In this document: piece by piece, positions 25,000 through 34,393 of the stretch | Layout of the letters: each line of letters starts with the position of its first letter | Numbering within the stretch: position 1 is the first letter of the stretch | NCBI GenBank assembly: GCA_902517745.1 | Contig: CABYDS010000003.1 | Span: forward strand, 33,022 to 97,021 | Reading direction: 5' to 3' | From: an uncultured Pelagibacteraceae bacterium | GTDB lineage: Bacteria; Pseudomonadota; Alphaproteobacteria; Pelagibacterales; Pelagibacteraceae | Length of the DNA stretch: 64,000 nucleotides | Made by a program: the position numbers and the translations under genes | Notes under the pieces: generated by a model | What the model saw: only the letters and a program-made list of their open reading frames with translations | Told to the model about the DNA's origin: nothing | Database searches by the model: none

Positions 25000-25289
25000 T
25001 GTTGAATAGCGTATAAAATCTGGGTTACAAAAGATAAAAATATAAAAAAAGAGAAAAATAAAATAAAATACATAACTGTGACTGCTCTATTTCTCTTTCT
25101 TCTTAAAATAACAAATTTTTTATCATCAAGAAAAGAAATGTCTCTATCACCTGGTACTGGATAATCATAACTCCATCTCCATAAAGATGAACCAAATCTT
25201 TTATCTAGTTTATTGTAATAATTTACCCAAGCCAATGACCACATAAACATTAAAAATAAAAATGTTAAAGCTAAAAAAGTTGAGAACAT
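24996..25289 (-). CDS. Hypothetical 2-TM membrane protein
   Basis: 97 aa, hydrophobic N- and C-terminal segments around a basic loop. Confidence 0.65.
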   Translation of the reverse strand: MFSTFLALTFLFLMFMWSLAWVNYYNKLDKRFGSSLWRWSYDYPVPGDRDISFLDDKKFVILRRKRNRAVTVMYFILFFSFFIFLSFVTQILYAIQH

Positions 25290-25321
25290 AAATATATTAA
25301 ATTATATTAAATTTTTTTTAT

Positions 25322-26041
25322 ATGTCTATCTGGGGAAGTTTAATTGGTGGGATGATCGGTTTTTCTTTAGGAGGACCGTTTGGGATGCTATTAGGTTCCT
25401 TAATTGGTGGAAAAGTATCAAGATCAAGATCGTCATTTAAATCTTTTGCGCAACCTCAACAAGTTTTTGCATTAGCTCTTATAGTTTTATCAGCTAAACT
25501 GAGTAAAGCAGACGGTCAGGTTAGTAGAGAGGAATTAATAGCGGTAAAAGATAAACTCAAAATTCCAGAACATGAATTAGATCAAGTTGGAAAAATTTTT
25601 AATAAAGCTAAAGAAGAAAGCACTGGTTACGAGCCATATGCAAAACAAATAGCTCAGATCTATCAGGGAAATATAAATGTGTTGGAAGAAGTCATTAATA
25701 TATTATTTTATATTGCAGAAGCTGATGGAAATATAAGCGATCAAGAATTTAGAATGATACAACATGTTTCTCAATTATTTGGTCTTAGTGATGCCCAGTT
25801 CAATGGAATAGTTGAAGGTAGGAAATCATCAGATAAACTCAATCCATATGTGGTATTAGAGAGCAAACCTGATGATAATCTTACAGATATTAGAAAAAGA
25901 TATTTAAAATTAAGTAAAGAACACCATCCTGACTTACTTCTAAGTAAAGGAGTTCCTCAGGAAGTTATTGAGGAAAGTAAAAAGAAAATGAGAGCTATAA
26001 ATTCAGCCTGGGATCAAATTCAAAAGCTAAAGAGTAATTAA
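25322..26041 (+). CDS. djlA: DjlA-like co-chaperone (N-terminal TM, TerB-like domain, J domain)
   Basis: Gly-rich TM, KADG..S.EE and ADG TerB-like repeats, C-terminal HHPD J-domain. Confidence 0.82.
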   Translation: MSIWGSLIGGMIGFSLGGPFGMLLGSLIGGKVSRSRSSFKSFAQPQQVFALALIVLSAKLSKADGQVSREELIAVKDKLKIPEHELDQVGKIFNKAKEESTGYEPYAKQIAQIYQGNINVLEEVINILFYIAEADGNISDQEFRMIQHVSQLFGLSDAQFNGIVEGRKSSDKLNPYVVLESKPDDNLTDIRKRYLKLSKEHHPDLLLSKGVPQEVIEESKKKMRAINSAWDQIQKLKSN

Positions 26042-27312
26042 AATTGCTCAGATTCTGTTGAGCCTTCCATTGCTGTTGTGGAGCTCTTTCCGGAACTTAT
26101 TGTATTGGAAACTGCATCAAAATAAGAAGTTCCAACTTCTCGTTGATGTTTAACACTGGTATATCCATCTTTTTCTCTAGCAAATTCATTTTGTTGTATT
26201 CTAGAGTAAGCAGTCATACCTTCCTTTTTATATTTTTCTGCGAGCTCGAAAATAGCAATATTTTGCGTATGGAAACCTGCTAAAGTTATAAATTGAAATT
26301 TATACCCCATCATTCCAATTTTAGTTTGAAATGTTGCAATCTCATCATCAGATAAATGTTTCTTCCAATTAAATGATGGAGAACAATTATAAGCTAACAT
26401 CTTGCCAGGAAATTTTGCATGTATTGCATCAGCAAACTTTTTTGCTTCTTCTAAATTAGGTGTTGCAGTTTCACACCATATTAAATCTGCGTAAGGTGCA
26501 TATGCTAACCCTCTTGAGATTGCTTGATCAATACCATCTTTTACATAATAAAAGCCTTCAGGTGATCTTTCTCCTGTTAAAAACGGTTTGTCATTTTCAT
26601 CAAAATCGTTTGTTATTAGTTTCGCAGCGTTGGCATCTGTTCTTGCAAGAATAATGAGAGGAACGTCGGCAATATCAGCTGCCAATCTTGCTGCTTTTAG
26701 ATTTCGGACCATGGTTCCAGTAGGAACAAGTACCTTACCACCCATATGTCCACATTTTTTTTCACTAGCTAGTTGGTCTTCAAAATGAACTCCGGCTGCG
26801 CCAGCTTTTATAAATTTTTTTGTTAGCTCAAATACATTTAACGGCCCACCAAATCCTGCTTCGCCATCTGCAATAATTGGCAACATGTAATCAGTTCTTT
26901 CGCTGCTTTTCATATCTCCATCAGCTATTTCCATATGCTGAATTTGATCAGCTCTAATTAAAGAATTATTCATAGACTCAACTAATTTAGGTGCGCTGTC
27001 GTAAGGATATAAAGATTGATCAGGATACATTTCACCAGCACTGTTTGCGTCTGCTGCAACTTGCCAACCACTTAAATAGATCGCTTTTAAACCTGCTTTT
27101 GCATGTTGAACGGCTTGATTTCCCGATAAAGACCCAAGTGTGTTTACATATGGCTCTGTATTTAACAATCCCCAAAGCTTTTGAGATTGCTGTTTGCACA
27201 TTGAATACTCTATTTTAATGGATCCTCTTAACCTTTCTACTTCTTCTGGCTTATAATCCCTTTGTATTCCTGCGAATCTTTTCAACTCGTACGAGATTTT
27301 CTCTGCTGACAT
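26038..27312 (-). CDS. aceA: Isocitrate lyase
   Basis: [23 protein letters not shown] catalytic loop and [10 protein letters not shown]; SD AAGGAG upstream. Confidence 0.97.
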   Translation of the reverse strand: MSAEKISYELKRFAGIQRDYKPEEVERLRGSIKIEYSMCKQQSQKLWGLLNTEPYVNTLGSLSGNQAVQHAKAGLKAIYLSGWQVAADANSAGEMYPDQSLYPYDSAPKLVESMNNSLIRADQIQHMEIADGDMKSSERTDYMLPIIADGEAGFGGPLNVFELTKKFIKAGAAGVHFEDQLASEKKCGHMGGKVLVPTGTMVRNLKAARLAADIADVPLIILARTDANAAKLITNDFDENDKPFLTGERSPEGFYYVKDGIDQAISRGLAYAPYADLIWCETATPNLEEAKKFADAIHAKFPGKMLAYNCSPSFNWKKHLSDDEIATFQTKIGMMGYKFQFITLAGFHTQNIAIFELAEKYKKEGMTAYSRIQQNEFAREKDGYTSVKHQREVGTSYFDAVSNTISSGKSSTTAMEGSTESEQF

Positions 27313-27338
27313 TATTTCTCCTTTAAAACTAACTCTTT

Positions 27339-27500
27339 TTACTTTTCGCTATATTCTTCAGTAAACTCATTCATTCCACTTGATCCCCAATCGCAGTGGT
27401 CATCTCTTAAATAAACCCCTCTGCTTCTATGCTCTTGATGCTCTTGGTGATTTGTGGTTTGAGAACTAGTTTCAATGTTTTTTATAGTATTTTTGTCCAT
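27339..27500 (-). CDS. Small ORF (53 aa) upstream of aceA, absent from the ORF track: [53 protein letters not shown]
   Basis: Translated by hand: ATG 27500 to TAA 27339. Visibly higher GC than neighbouring intergenic DNA; stop lies 26 nt before the aceA start; a -10-like TATAAA lies 6 nt upstream of the ATG. Confidence 0.6.
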   Translation of the reverse strand: MDKNTIKNIETSSQTTNHQEHQEHRSRGVYLRDDHCDWGSSGMNEFTEEYSEK

Positions 27501-27513
27501 GTAAACTTTATAA

Positions 27514-27603
27514 TTTACAATATTTACAAAATCTACAAAAAATGTTAAAAGATCAGTAAATACAATAAATTTTTTGTAAATAATAATTTACAAAGTTTAC
27601 AAA
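27514..27603. promoter_or_regulatory. Array of TTTACAAA-like boxes, putative RamB/ScfR operator sites
   Basis: TTTACAAT 27514, TTTACAAA 27523, TCTACAAA 27532, TTTGTAAA 27573 (inverted), TTTACAAA 27587 and 27596. Resembles the TTTGCAAA core bound by RamB/PccR. Confidence 0.65.
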
Positions 27604-27609
27604 TAGTAA

Positions 27610-29034
27610 ATGAGTCAAGTAGAATTAAATATTGGTCCAAAAATAAAAGCTTTTAGAAGGCAACTAGGTATGCAAGCAAACAAACTAGCCTCACAACTTA
27701 ACATTTCACCAAGTTATTTAGCTTTAATCGAGGGGGGTAAGAGAAAAATTGACGGGGAGTTGCTTTTAAAAATTTGTGAGGAATTAAGCATCAACATTAG
27801 CGATCTAACAAATAAATCAGATATCAATATGGTCAACACAATTTCAGAATTGCTTGATGATCAACTTTTTGAAGATTTGGATATAGTTGGTCCAGAAGTT
27901 AAAGATCTTGCAAATAGTAATCCAAAAATTGGTAAAGCTCTTATAAGATTAGGAGACATTTTGAAAAAGAAAGATCATGAATTAGTTAACAAAATTGAAA
28001 AACTTTCAGGAAAAATTGTAGATAATAGAAAAAACTCATTTCCTGGGGAAGTAATTTCAGATTTTTTGCAAGAAAATAGAAATTTTTTTCCAAAACTAGA
28101 GGAATTTGCAAATCAAATCTTTGAACAAATAAAACAAAATAATAGAACAAGATATATTGCTTTATGTGATTATTTAAAATCAGAGTATAAAATTGAAGTG
28201 CAAGATATAATTCCTGAGGAAGGAAAACCATTCTCAAAAATTTATGATAACAAAAATAGAAAGTTACTATTGTCTGATTATTTATCTTTGGAAACAAAGA
28301 AATTACATGCTGCAGCTCAAATTGCACAAGAGGGAGCAAGTGATATAATAAATTCTTATCTTAATACTTTTAATTATCCAAATGAAGAGTCGAAAAAATT
28401 AACAAAAGTTGCTTTATTAAACTATTGTGGTGCAGCAATTTTAATGCCCTACAAATTATTTCATTCTGAATGTAAAAAACTTAAATATGATTTAGAGTTA
28501 TTGCAAAATACTTTTGCAACTTCATTCGAACAAGTCACACATAGGGTTACATGCTTGAATGATCCTAAATTACCTGGGGTTCCTTTTCATTTTTTGAGAG
28601 TTGATGTCGCTGGTAATATTTCAAAAAGATTTTCATTGTCAGGAATAGAAATACCACGTTATGGTGGTGCTTGTCCTCGATGGAATGTATATTCGGCTTT
28701 TTCTAGACCTGGTGTTATACAGGCTGCAGTAAGTAAAATGACTAATGGCGAAAAATATGTATGTATAGCAAGAACTGTTGAAAAAGGTATAGGAAGATAT
28801 GGACAAAAAAAAAGTATGTTATCTATTGGACTTGGATGTGAAGCCAAATATGCAAGAGATTTTGTTTATACTGAAAACTTAGATTTGAATGATAAAAAAT
28901 CAGAGATACCAGTAGGGGTTTCATGTAGAACTTGTGATAGACTGGATTGTTCTCAAAGAGCTTTTCCACCATTGCATAAAAAATTTGATGTAGACATTAA
29001 TTCTAGAGGAGTATCTGTATATGTCAGTGATTAA
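27610..29034 (+). CDS. XRE-family short-chain fatty acyl-CoA regulator (RamB/PrpR/PccR, ScfR family)
   Basis: N-terminal XRE HTH (ISPSYLALIEGGKR); SFEQVTHR, RVDVAGNISKR, GACPRW and C-terminal SCRTCDRLDCSQRA; divergent from aceA. Confidence 0.9.
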   Translation: MSQVELNIGPKIKAFRRQLGMQANKLASQLNISPSYLALIEGGKRKIDGELLLKICEELSINISDLTNKSDINMVNTISELLDDQLFEDLDIVGPEVKDLANSNPKIGKALIRLGDILKKKDHELVNKIEKLSGKIVDNRKNSFPGEVISDFLQENRNFFPKLEEFANQIFEQIKQNNRTRYIALCDYLKSEYKIEVQDIIPEEGKPFSKIYDNKNRKLLLSDYLSLETKKLHAAAQIAQEGASDIINSYLNTFNYPNEESKKLTKVALLNYCGAAILMPYKLFHSECKKLKYDLELLQNTFATSFEQVTHRVTCLNDPKLPGVPFHFLRVDVAGNISKRFSLSGIEIPRYGGACPRWNVYSAFSRPGVIQAAVSKMTNGEKYVCIARTVEKGIGRYGQKKSMLSIGLGCEAKYARDFVYTENLDLNDKKSEIPVGVSCRTCDRLDCSQRAFPPLHKKFDVDINSRGVSVYVSD

Positions 29035-29569
29035 AAAACATATAAGTTTTATAATTATATTTTTATTTGTAAGTACAAATAATGTGTATTCAGACAATTT
29101 AAATATATTGTTTAAAGAATTGCTTAACGCAAAAAATTTACAACAAGCAGAAAAGCTAGAGGATCAAATTTGGAATAAATGGACAAGACACCCAAACAAT
29201 GATTATCTGACGAACAAATTAGAGAACGGAACTTATTCCATGTATCATCAGCAGTATAGAATGGCATTAAAACTATTTACAGACGTGATCAATGAGGACC
29301 CAAAATGGGCGGAGGGTTGGAATAAGAGAGCCACATTGCTATTTATATTAGGAGATTTTGAGAAATCGTTAGATGATATTGAAAAAGTTTTAGATCTAGA
29401 ACCAAGACATTTTGGAGCATTATCTGGACGAGCACAAATATACTTAAGTTTAAAGGAATATGAAAAAGCAGTTGATGACCTGAGAAAAGCAAAATCTATT
29501 TATCCATTAATTAAAAGTGGAGAAAATATAAAGTTAATAGAAAAAATTATCAAAGACCAACAAATTTAA
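29021..29569 (+). CDS. Exported TPR-repeat protein
   Basis: Signal peptide; P.WAEGWNKRAT and LEPRHFGALSG TPR motifs. Confidence 0.85.
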   Translation: MSVIKKHISFIIIFLFVSTNNVYSDNLNILFKELLNAKNLQQAEKLEDQIWNKWTRHPNNDYLTNKLENGTYSMYHQQYRMALKLFTDVINEDPKWAEGWNKRATLLFILGDFEKSLDDIEKVLDLEPRHFGALSGRAQIYLSLKEYEKAVDDLRKAKSIYPLIKSGENIKLIEKIIKDQQI

Positions 29570-30765
29570 TTATTCTTAGACCTTTTTTTTGCAATCAGCT
29601 GCGTTAATGAATCTACCATTAAATCTGACGCTTTAAAGATTTCACTTGGTTTAAATTCATGTGAAATATTTTTTTCTTCATTTGTTTTATCTTCAATGAC
29701 TATACCTTCGTCGGGAGAATTATTTTTAATATAAATTAGTATTAACCACTCATCATCAATTGTTTCATCCCATTTTATGAAAATCTCTCCAGTTTCAAAT
29801 CTTCTATCTATGCATCTCAAGATAGACATATGTTTAGTTATATATCTTTTATTAAGTTGAAAAACTAAACTATTCGCACTTCTATAAAAACTCTCAAGTG
29901 CAAACTCAATTTTTTGCCTAGCTAAAGTATACTCCCTTTCTCTTTGAAGTAATTTTGCTCTATCGTCTCCTTCTTGTGTTTCTACACCTAGCGCCTCAAC
30001 TCGTTCTCTTATTTTTTGATCTCTTATTTGTTGATATTTTAATTTTAGTTTTTCGATACGCTCTTGTAATCCTGAATAATCCTCTCTCTTTTCTCTTAAA
30101 GCTAATTTTTCTAGTTGTTCTAGTTCTTTTACCTCTCTTATTCTAAATTTTTCGATTTGTTTTTCTAATTTTAATTCTTGTAAAAATTTCTTTTGTCGCT
30201 CCGCCTGCTCTTTTCTTAGTATGGCTTGTTCTTTTCTTAAAAATAATTTTATATCCTTTGCTCTTTCTCTTTCTAATTTTTGTTCTTGTTTTAACTGGAT
30301 TTCCTTTTCTTTTAAAAAGGCTGCTTCATCTGCTTTCTTTTGTTTCTCAATTTCGATTTTTTCTTTTTCTGCCTGTTCTATTTTCTCTAGTTTAATTTGT
30401 CTTTTTTCCTCAGCTCTTATCTCTTTAAAACGCATTAATCTAAATTCTATACTTTGAAAAAACTTTTGTATTAATTTATCTATAACCAGTAAATTAAAAT
30501 TAAATTTGAAAGAAAACTTATTTTTTAAATCTTCCTCAAGTCTAACTGTTCTTGAAATTATACCCTTTTCAGGAATTATCTTTTTTTTAACTTTTTTAAT
30601 TTTTTTTCTTTGGTTTAATCTTTTTGTCGTTTTTTTTTTTAATTTAAATTTTTTTTTTTTAAATTGCGATTTTTTTTTTTTAAATTTTAACTTGGATCTA
30701 TTTTTTGATTTTTTAACCTTTATTTTTATATTTTTTTTTTTAGGTTTTTTTTTCTTTTTTTTCAT
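29566..30765 (-). CDS. Hypothetical protein: Lys-rich N-terminus, charged helical middle, globular C-terminus
   Basis: 399-aa uninterrupted ORF filling the gap; E/K/R/Q-rich central region. Confidence 0.75.
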   Translation of the reverse strand: MKKKKKKPKKKNIKIKVKKSKNRSKLKFKKKKSQFKKKKFKLKKKTTKRLNQRKKIKKVKKKIIPEKGIISRTVRLEEDLKNKFSFKFNFNLLVIDKLIQKFFQSIEFRLMRFKEIRAEEKRQIKLEKIEQAEKEKIEIEKQKKADEAAFLKEKEIQLKQEQKLERERAKDIKLFLRKEQAILRKEQAERQKKFLQELKLEKQIEKFRIREVKELEQLEKLALREKREDYSGLQERIEKLKLKYQQIRDQKIRERVEALGVETQEGDDRAKLLQREREYTLARQKIEFALESFYRSANSLVFQLNKRYITKHMSILRCIDRRFETGEIFIKWDETIDDEWLILIYIKNNSPDEGIVIEDKTNEEKNISHEFKPSEIFKASDLMVDSLTQLIAKKRSKNN

Positions 30766-30794
30766 TTAAGAAATACAGCTTTATCAGCTAATTT

Positions 30795-31982
30795 TTAATA
30801 AATATAGTCTCTAGTATTAGGAACAGATCTTATATCTTTAGTTAGCTGAAGTTGAAATACAACTTGATCTCCCCATTTAAAAGCCATTTCACAACTTGTA
30901 AGATAAAATTCCCACATCCTTAAAAATTTTTCGTCGAACATTTCTAAAACTTTATCTTTTTTTGATAGGAATCTCTCTTTCCAATTTCTTAAAGTGTGGG
31001 CATAGTGCATCCTTAAAATCTCAATATCTGTAGCTATTAGTCCAGAATCCTCGATTGGCCTTGCTATTTCGCTTAAACTAGGGGTATATCCGCCTGGGAA
31101 AATATATTTTGTTATCCAAGGCTGTGGGTCTCTAGGTGGAAGATTTGATCCAATTGTGTGTATTAGAGCTACTCCATCTTTTTTTAACATTTGAGACACC
31201 CTATTAAAATAGGTTTGATAGAATTTTTTTCCAACATGTTCAAACATTCCAACACTAACTATCCTATCAAATTTTTCATTCAATTGTCTGTAATCTATTA
31301 ATTTAAATTCAACTTGGTTATCTAAATTTAATTCTTTAGCTTTTTCTTGACTATATTTTAATTGATTTTCTGAAAGTGTAATTCCTGTAACTGAAGCTTT
31401 TGTTTTTTTTGCAATATCGATTGCAAGTGTACCCCACCCTGAGCCAATATCCAAAACTTTTTGGTTAGGTTGTATATGAAGTTTTTTAATTATGTGATCA
31501 ATTTTATTTTCTTGAGCAGTTTCTAAAGTGTCATTTTCATTTTTGAAGTATGCGCATGAATATTGTCTTTTTTTATCAAGAAATAAATCGTATAATTTTT
31601 CTGAAATATCATAATGATGTGCAACATTTTGTTTAGATTTAACAATTTTATTAAAACTTGTTAAGTATTTTAAAGTTCCCTTTATTTTATTTAATGTCTT
31701 TCCATAAATATTAATATCTGCTCTTCCAATATTTTTAAAAGCTATATCAAGAAATTCTGTCAAAGTTCCATTTCTTAATCTTAAAGAACCATTTGTATAC
31801 GCCTCACCAAAATATAGATCTGGATGGAAAAGTAGTTTTTTATGCAAACTTTTATCTAACAACTGTAATTCTATAGGAATTTCTTTCAAAGGCTTTCCTA
31901 TAACATACCTGTTAGAATTATAATCTATTAATATAAAGCCATCTTCTTTAAATAAATCGTTTAAAAAATTTATAAGTTTCAT
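30795..31982 (-). CDS. cfa: Cyclopropane-fatty-acyl-phospholipid synthase family methyltransferase
   Basis: AHHYD, YSCAYF, LDIGSGWG, VSVGMFEHVG, YIFPGG and HYAHTL motifs. Confidence 0.88.
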   Translation of the reverse strand: MKLINFLNDLFKEDGFILIDYNSNRYVIGKPLKEIPIELQLLDKSLHKKLLFHPDLYFGEAYTNGSLRLRNGTLTEFLDIAFKNIGRADINIYGKTLNKIKGTLKYLTSFNKIVKSKQNVAHHYDISEKLYDLFLDKKRQYSCAYFKNENDTLETAQENKIDHIIKKLHIQPNQKVLDIGSGWGTLAIDIAKKTKASVTGITLSENQLKYSQEKAKELNLDNQVEFKLIDYRQLNEKFDRIVSVGMFEHVGKKFYQTYFNRVSQMLKKDGVALIHTIGSNLPPRDPQPWITKYIFPGGYTPSLSEIARPIEDSGLIATDIEILRMHYAHTLRNWKERFLSKKDKVLEMFDEKFLRMWEFYLTSCEMAFKWGDQVVFQLQLTKDIRSVPNTRDYIY

Positions 31983-32866
31983 TAAGCTGCTTTAAGGTTG
32001 TTTATATTAAAGTTTAATTTATCTAATTCTGAAAAAAATAATTTTTCTTCATCTTTGGATAAAAGTTTTAAAGGTGGAATTAAATTTTTAAAATCAGAAT
32101 CTTCTGTTCTCATAAATGTATGCAGGCCTGAAATGAGATTATATTTGTCAAATATACTTCTAACCATACAAAGTTTTTCGTTTGATGTTTGATTTAAATT
32201 ATTTTTAAATTTGTCATACACATCTCTTGCTAAATAAGAGGTGACATTTGTTGTTGCTGTAATAATACCTGAGCATCCTAATTCTAGGCCCTTCAGCAAC
32301 TTACTTTCAGATCCAGGCATGACAGAAAAATTTTCAATCTTTAAATTTTCATACAAGTTGTAACTACTATCCTTTACTCCAAGAACATTTTTAGGAAAGC
32401 TTTTTGCTAACTTTGAAACACATTCTATGCTAAATTTATATCCAGATAACTTTTCGAAATTATATAAAATTATTCTACAATCTTTGACATTTTCTATTAA
32501 TTTGGAATAAAAATTAAAAACATCATCATCGTTGTATTTATAGTATGCTGGTGGCATTACTAAAAAATTTTCAAAGCCAATTGATTTTGAAATATTAAGC
32601 AAATTAATATTATCTCCCAACGAATTTAAGCCAGTTCCAATAATAAATTTATCTTTATGTTTGCTCTTAGGTAAAATATTAATGAGTTTAATTTTCTCGC
32701 TTAACGAAATTAATTGAGATTGACCTGTGCTGCCAAAAAATATTACTCCATGGCAACCTTTTTCAATTAGATTTTCAGCATGTTTTAATGTTTTTTCGCA
32801 GTCTAACTGTAAATTATTATCTAGTATAGAAAGGCTTGCCGCATAAATACCATTGAAATATCCCAT
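31982..32866 (-). CDS. DapA/NAL-family class I aldolase (substrate unknown)
   Basis: GSTGQ, PPAYYK, LYNF and GVKDSS (Schiff-base Lys). Confidence 0.85.
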   Translation of the reverse strand: MGYFNGIYAASLSILDNNLQLDCEKTLKHAENLIEKGCHGVIFFGSTGQSQLISLSEKIKLINILPKSKHKDKFIIGTGLNSLGDNINLLNISKSIGFENFLVMPPAYYKYNDDDVFNFYSKLIENVKDCRIILYNFEKLSGYKFSIECVSKLAKSFPKNVLGVKDSSYNLYENLKIENFSVMPGSESKLLKGLELGCSGIITATTNVTSYLARDVYDKFKNNLNQTSNEKLCMVRSIFDKYNLISGLHTFMRTEDSDFKNLIPPLKLLSKDEEKLFFSELDKLNFNINNLKAA

Positions 32867-32914
32867 ACCAAAAATTTATATAAAAATATAAAATAGTAAA
32901 GGTTTTAAAAATAC

Positions 32915-33874
32915 ATGAAAATCTTAGCAATTCAAAACAGAATGGGAATCGGTGATATGGTAATATTTCTTCCATATATAGAAGCCGTTGCAAAAAAATA
33001 TAACAGTCAAGTAACTTTATTAGTAAAAGAAAATTCAAAAGCTGAACACTTAATTAAAGATAATAAATACATTAATGAAATTATTATTTTAAAAAGAGAT
33101 CAAACTAAGAAAGGTTTTCACGACGGATTGAACGGATTTTTTCGACTAGTTTCTGATATTAAAAAATATCAATTTGATAAAGTACTAATTTTTAATTCTT
33201 CACTTAGATATAAATTAGTTTGTAAGTTTGCAGGAATTAATGATATTTATCAATATCCATTATTTAAAAAAAAAAATCAGCATATTATAGAAGCTGCTAA
33301 TAAATTATTAAAAAATAATTTTAATCTAGAAATTAAAAGTGACCCAGTTATTGATGTTAAAGATGAAAATGTTCAAAAGATAAAGTTAAAATTTAATTTT
33401 AGTGATGAAGTGAAAAATATATTGTTAGGAATTGGTGGATCGGGACCAACAAAAAGAATTCCACCAAAAGTATTTATAGAGTTTATGAATTTATGTTTAA
33501 AAAACTTTAAATGCAGATTTTTTTTAGCTACGGGTAATAAAAGTGAAGAAATTGAAATTATGAACGAAATTTTAAGTTACCATAAGAATTTATGTACTCC
33601 ATTAAATGAACTTAGTATTTCTGAAACTTTACCTATAATAAAAAATTGCAATATTGCTATTTGTAATGACTCAAGTTTCAGCCATTTATCTGCTGGGTTA
33701 GGAAAACAAACTATTGTTTTAATGTCAGATACCCCACAAATATATGGAAGTTATAGTTCCAAAATGCATCCACTTATACCAGATGGTGTAGAAAAGGTTA
33801 CTCATGGAACAGAGGGTAAGGAGCGAATAAATCCGTTAAAAATTTTTGAAAAATTTCAGAACTTAATTAGCTAA
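32915..33874 (+). CDS. Glycosyltransferase family 9
   Basis: GIGDMV N-terminal motif and NDSSFSHLSAGLG. Confidence 0.85.
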   Translation: MKILAIQNRMGIGDMVIFLPYIEAVAKKYNSQVTLLVKENSKAEHLIKDNKYINEIIILKRDQTKKGFHDGLNGFFRLVSDIKKYQFDKVLIFNSSLRYKLVCKFAGINDIYQYPLFKKKNQHIIEAANKLLKNNFNLEIKSDPVIDVKDENVQKIKLKFNFSDEVKNILLGIGGSGPTKRIPPKVFIEFMNLCLKNFKCRFFLATGNKSEEIEIMNEILSYHKNLCTPLNELSISETLPIIKNCNIAICNDSSFSHLSAGLGKQTIVLMSDTPQIYGSYSSKMHPLIPDGVEKVTHGTEGKERINPLKIFEKFQNLIS

Positions 33875-34376
33875 TATTTTTAATAACGTTCTCTTTGGCT
33901 TCATTTACCAATGTTGCAATATTATTTAATTCTGGACTTCTATCAGGATGTATTTTTTTCATTATTTTTTTGTAAGATTGCAATACTTCGTCTTTTGTAT
34001 ATTTTTTTTTGGGATCTAAATTTAAAATTCTATAAGATTCATCAATAGACATTGCTTGAGATGAAACGTTTTGGTTAAATTGGTTAAAATTAAACCTCCC
34101 AGAATTTTTCAATACTCTTAAAAGGCCCCATAATCTAAACAATTGAAATAACGAAATACCAGCCTTTGTCTTTATTAATGGCAAAATGGCCAGCATAAAA
34201 GGTAAAGAAAAAATGTACCTTCCAGCATATGCCATTATTACCGCTAACAATATTGAAGAAATTATAATAAATGTTCTTACAAATTTTGATATTTTTTTTG
34301 TTGAAGTTTTAGCAAACCAATTAAGTAAAATATAAAGAATTATAAAGATAATTAGTATTGCAAAAAAAATATTCAT
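33867..34376 (-). CDS. Membrane-anchored J-domain protein
   Basis: N-terminal TM segments; C-terminal SYRILNL...IHPDR...VNEAK J domain. Confidence 0.85.
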   Translation of the reverse strand: MNIFFAILIIFIILYILLNWFAKTSTKKISKFVRTFIIISSILLAVIMAYAGRYIFSLPFMLAILPLIKTKAGISLFQLFRLWGLLRVLKNSGRFNFNQFNQNVSSQAMSIDESYRILNLDPKKKYTKDEVLQSYKKIMKKIHPDRSPELNNIATLVNEAKENVIKNIS

Positions 34377-34393
34377 AAATTAATTAAATTTAA

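Noticed and set aside
21835-25289. TldD/PmbA as part of a microcin or RiPP cluster
   Set aside because: No precursor peptide, YcaO or other modifying enzyme, or exporter nearby; tldD-pmbA is widely conserved housekeeping.
25322-26041. Tellurite-resistance gene (TerB)
   Set aside because: The TerB-like domain is part of a DjlA-type TM/TerB/J-domain protein, and no other ter genes are present.
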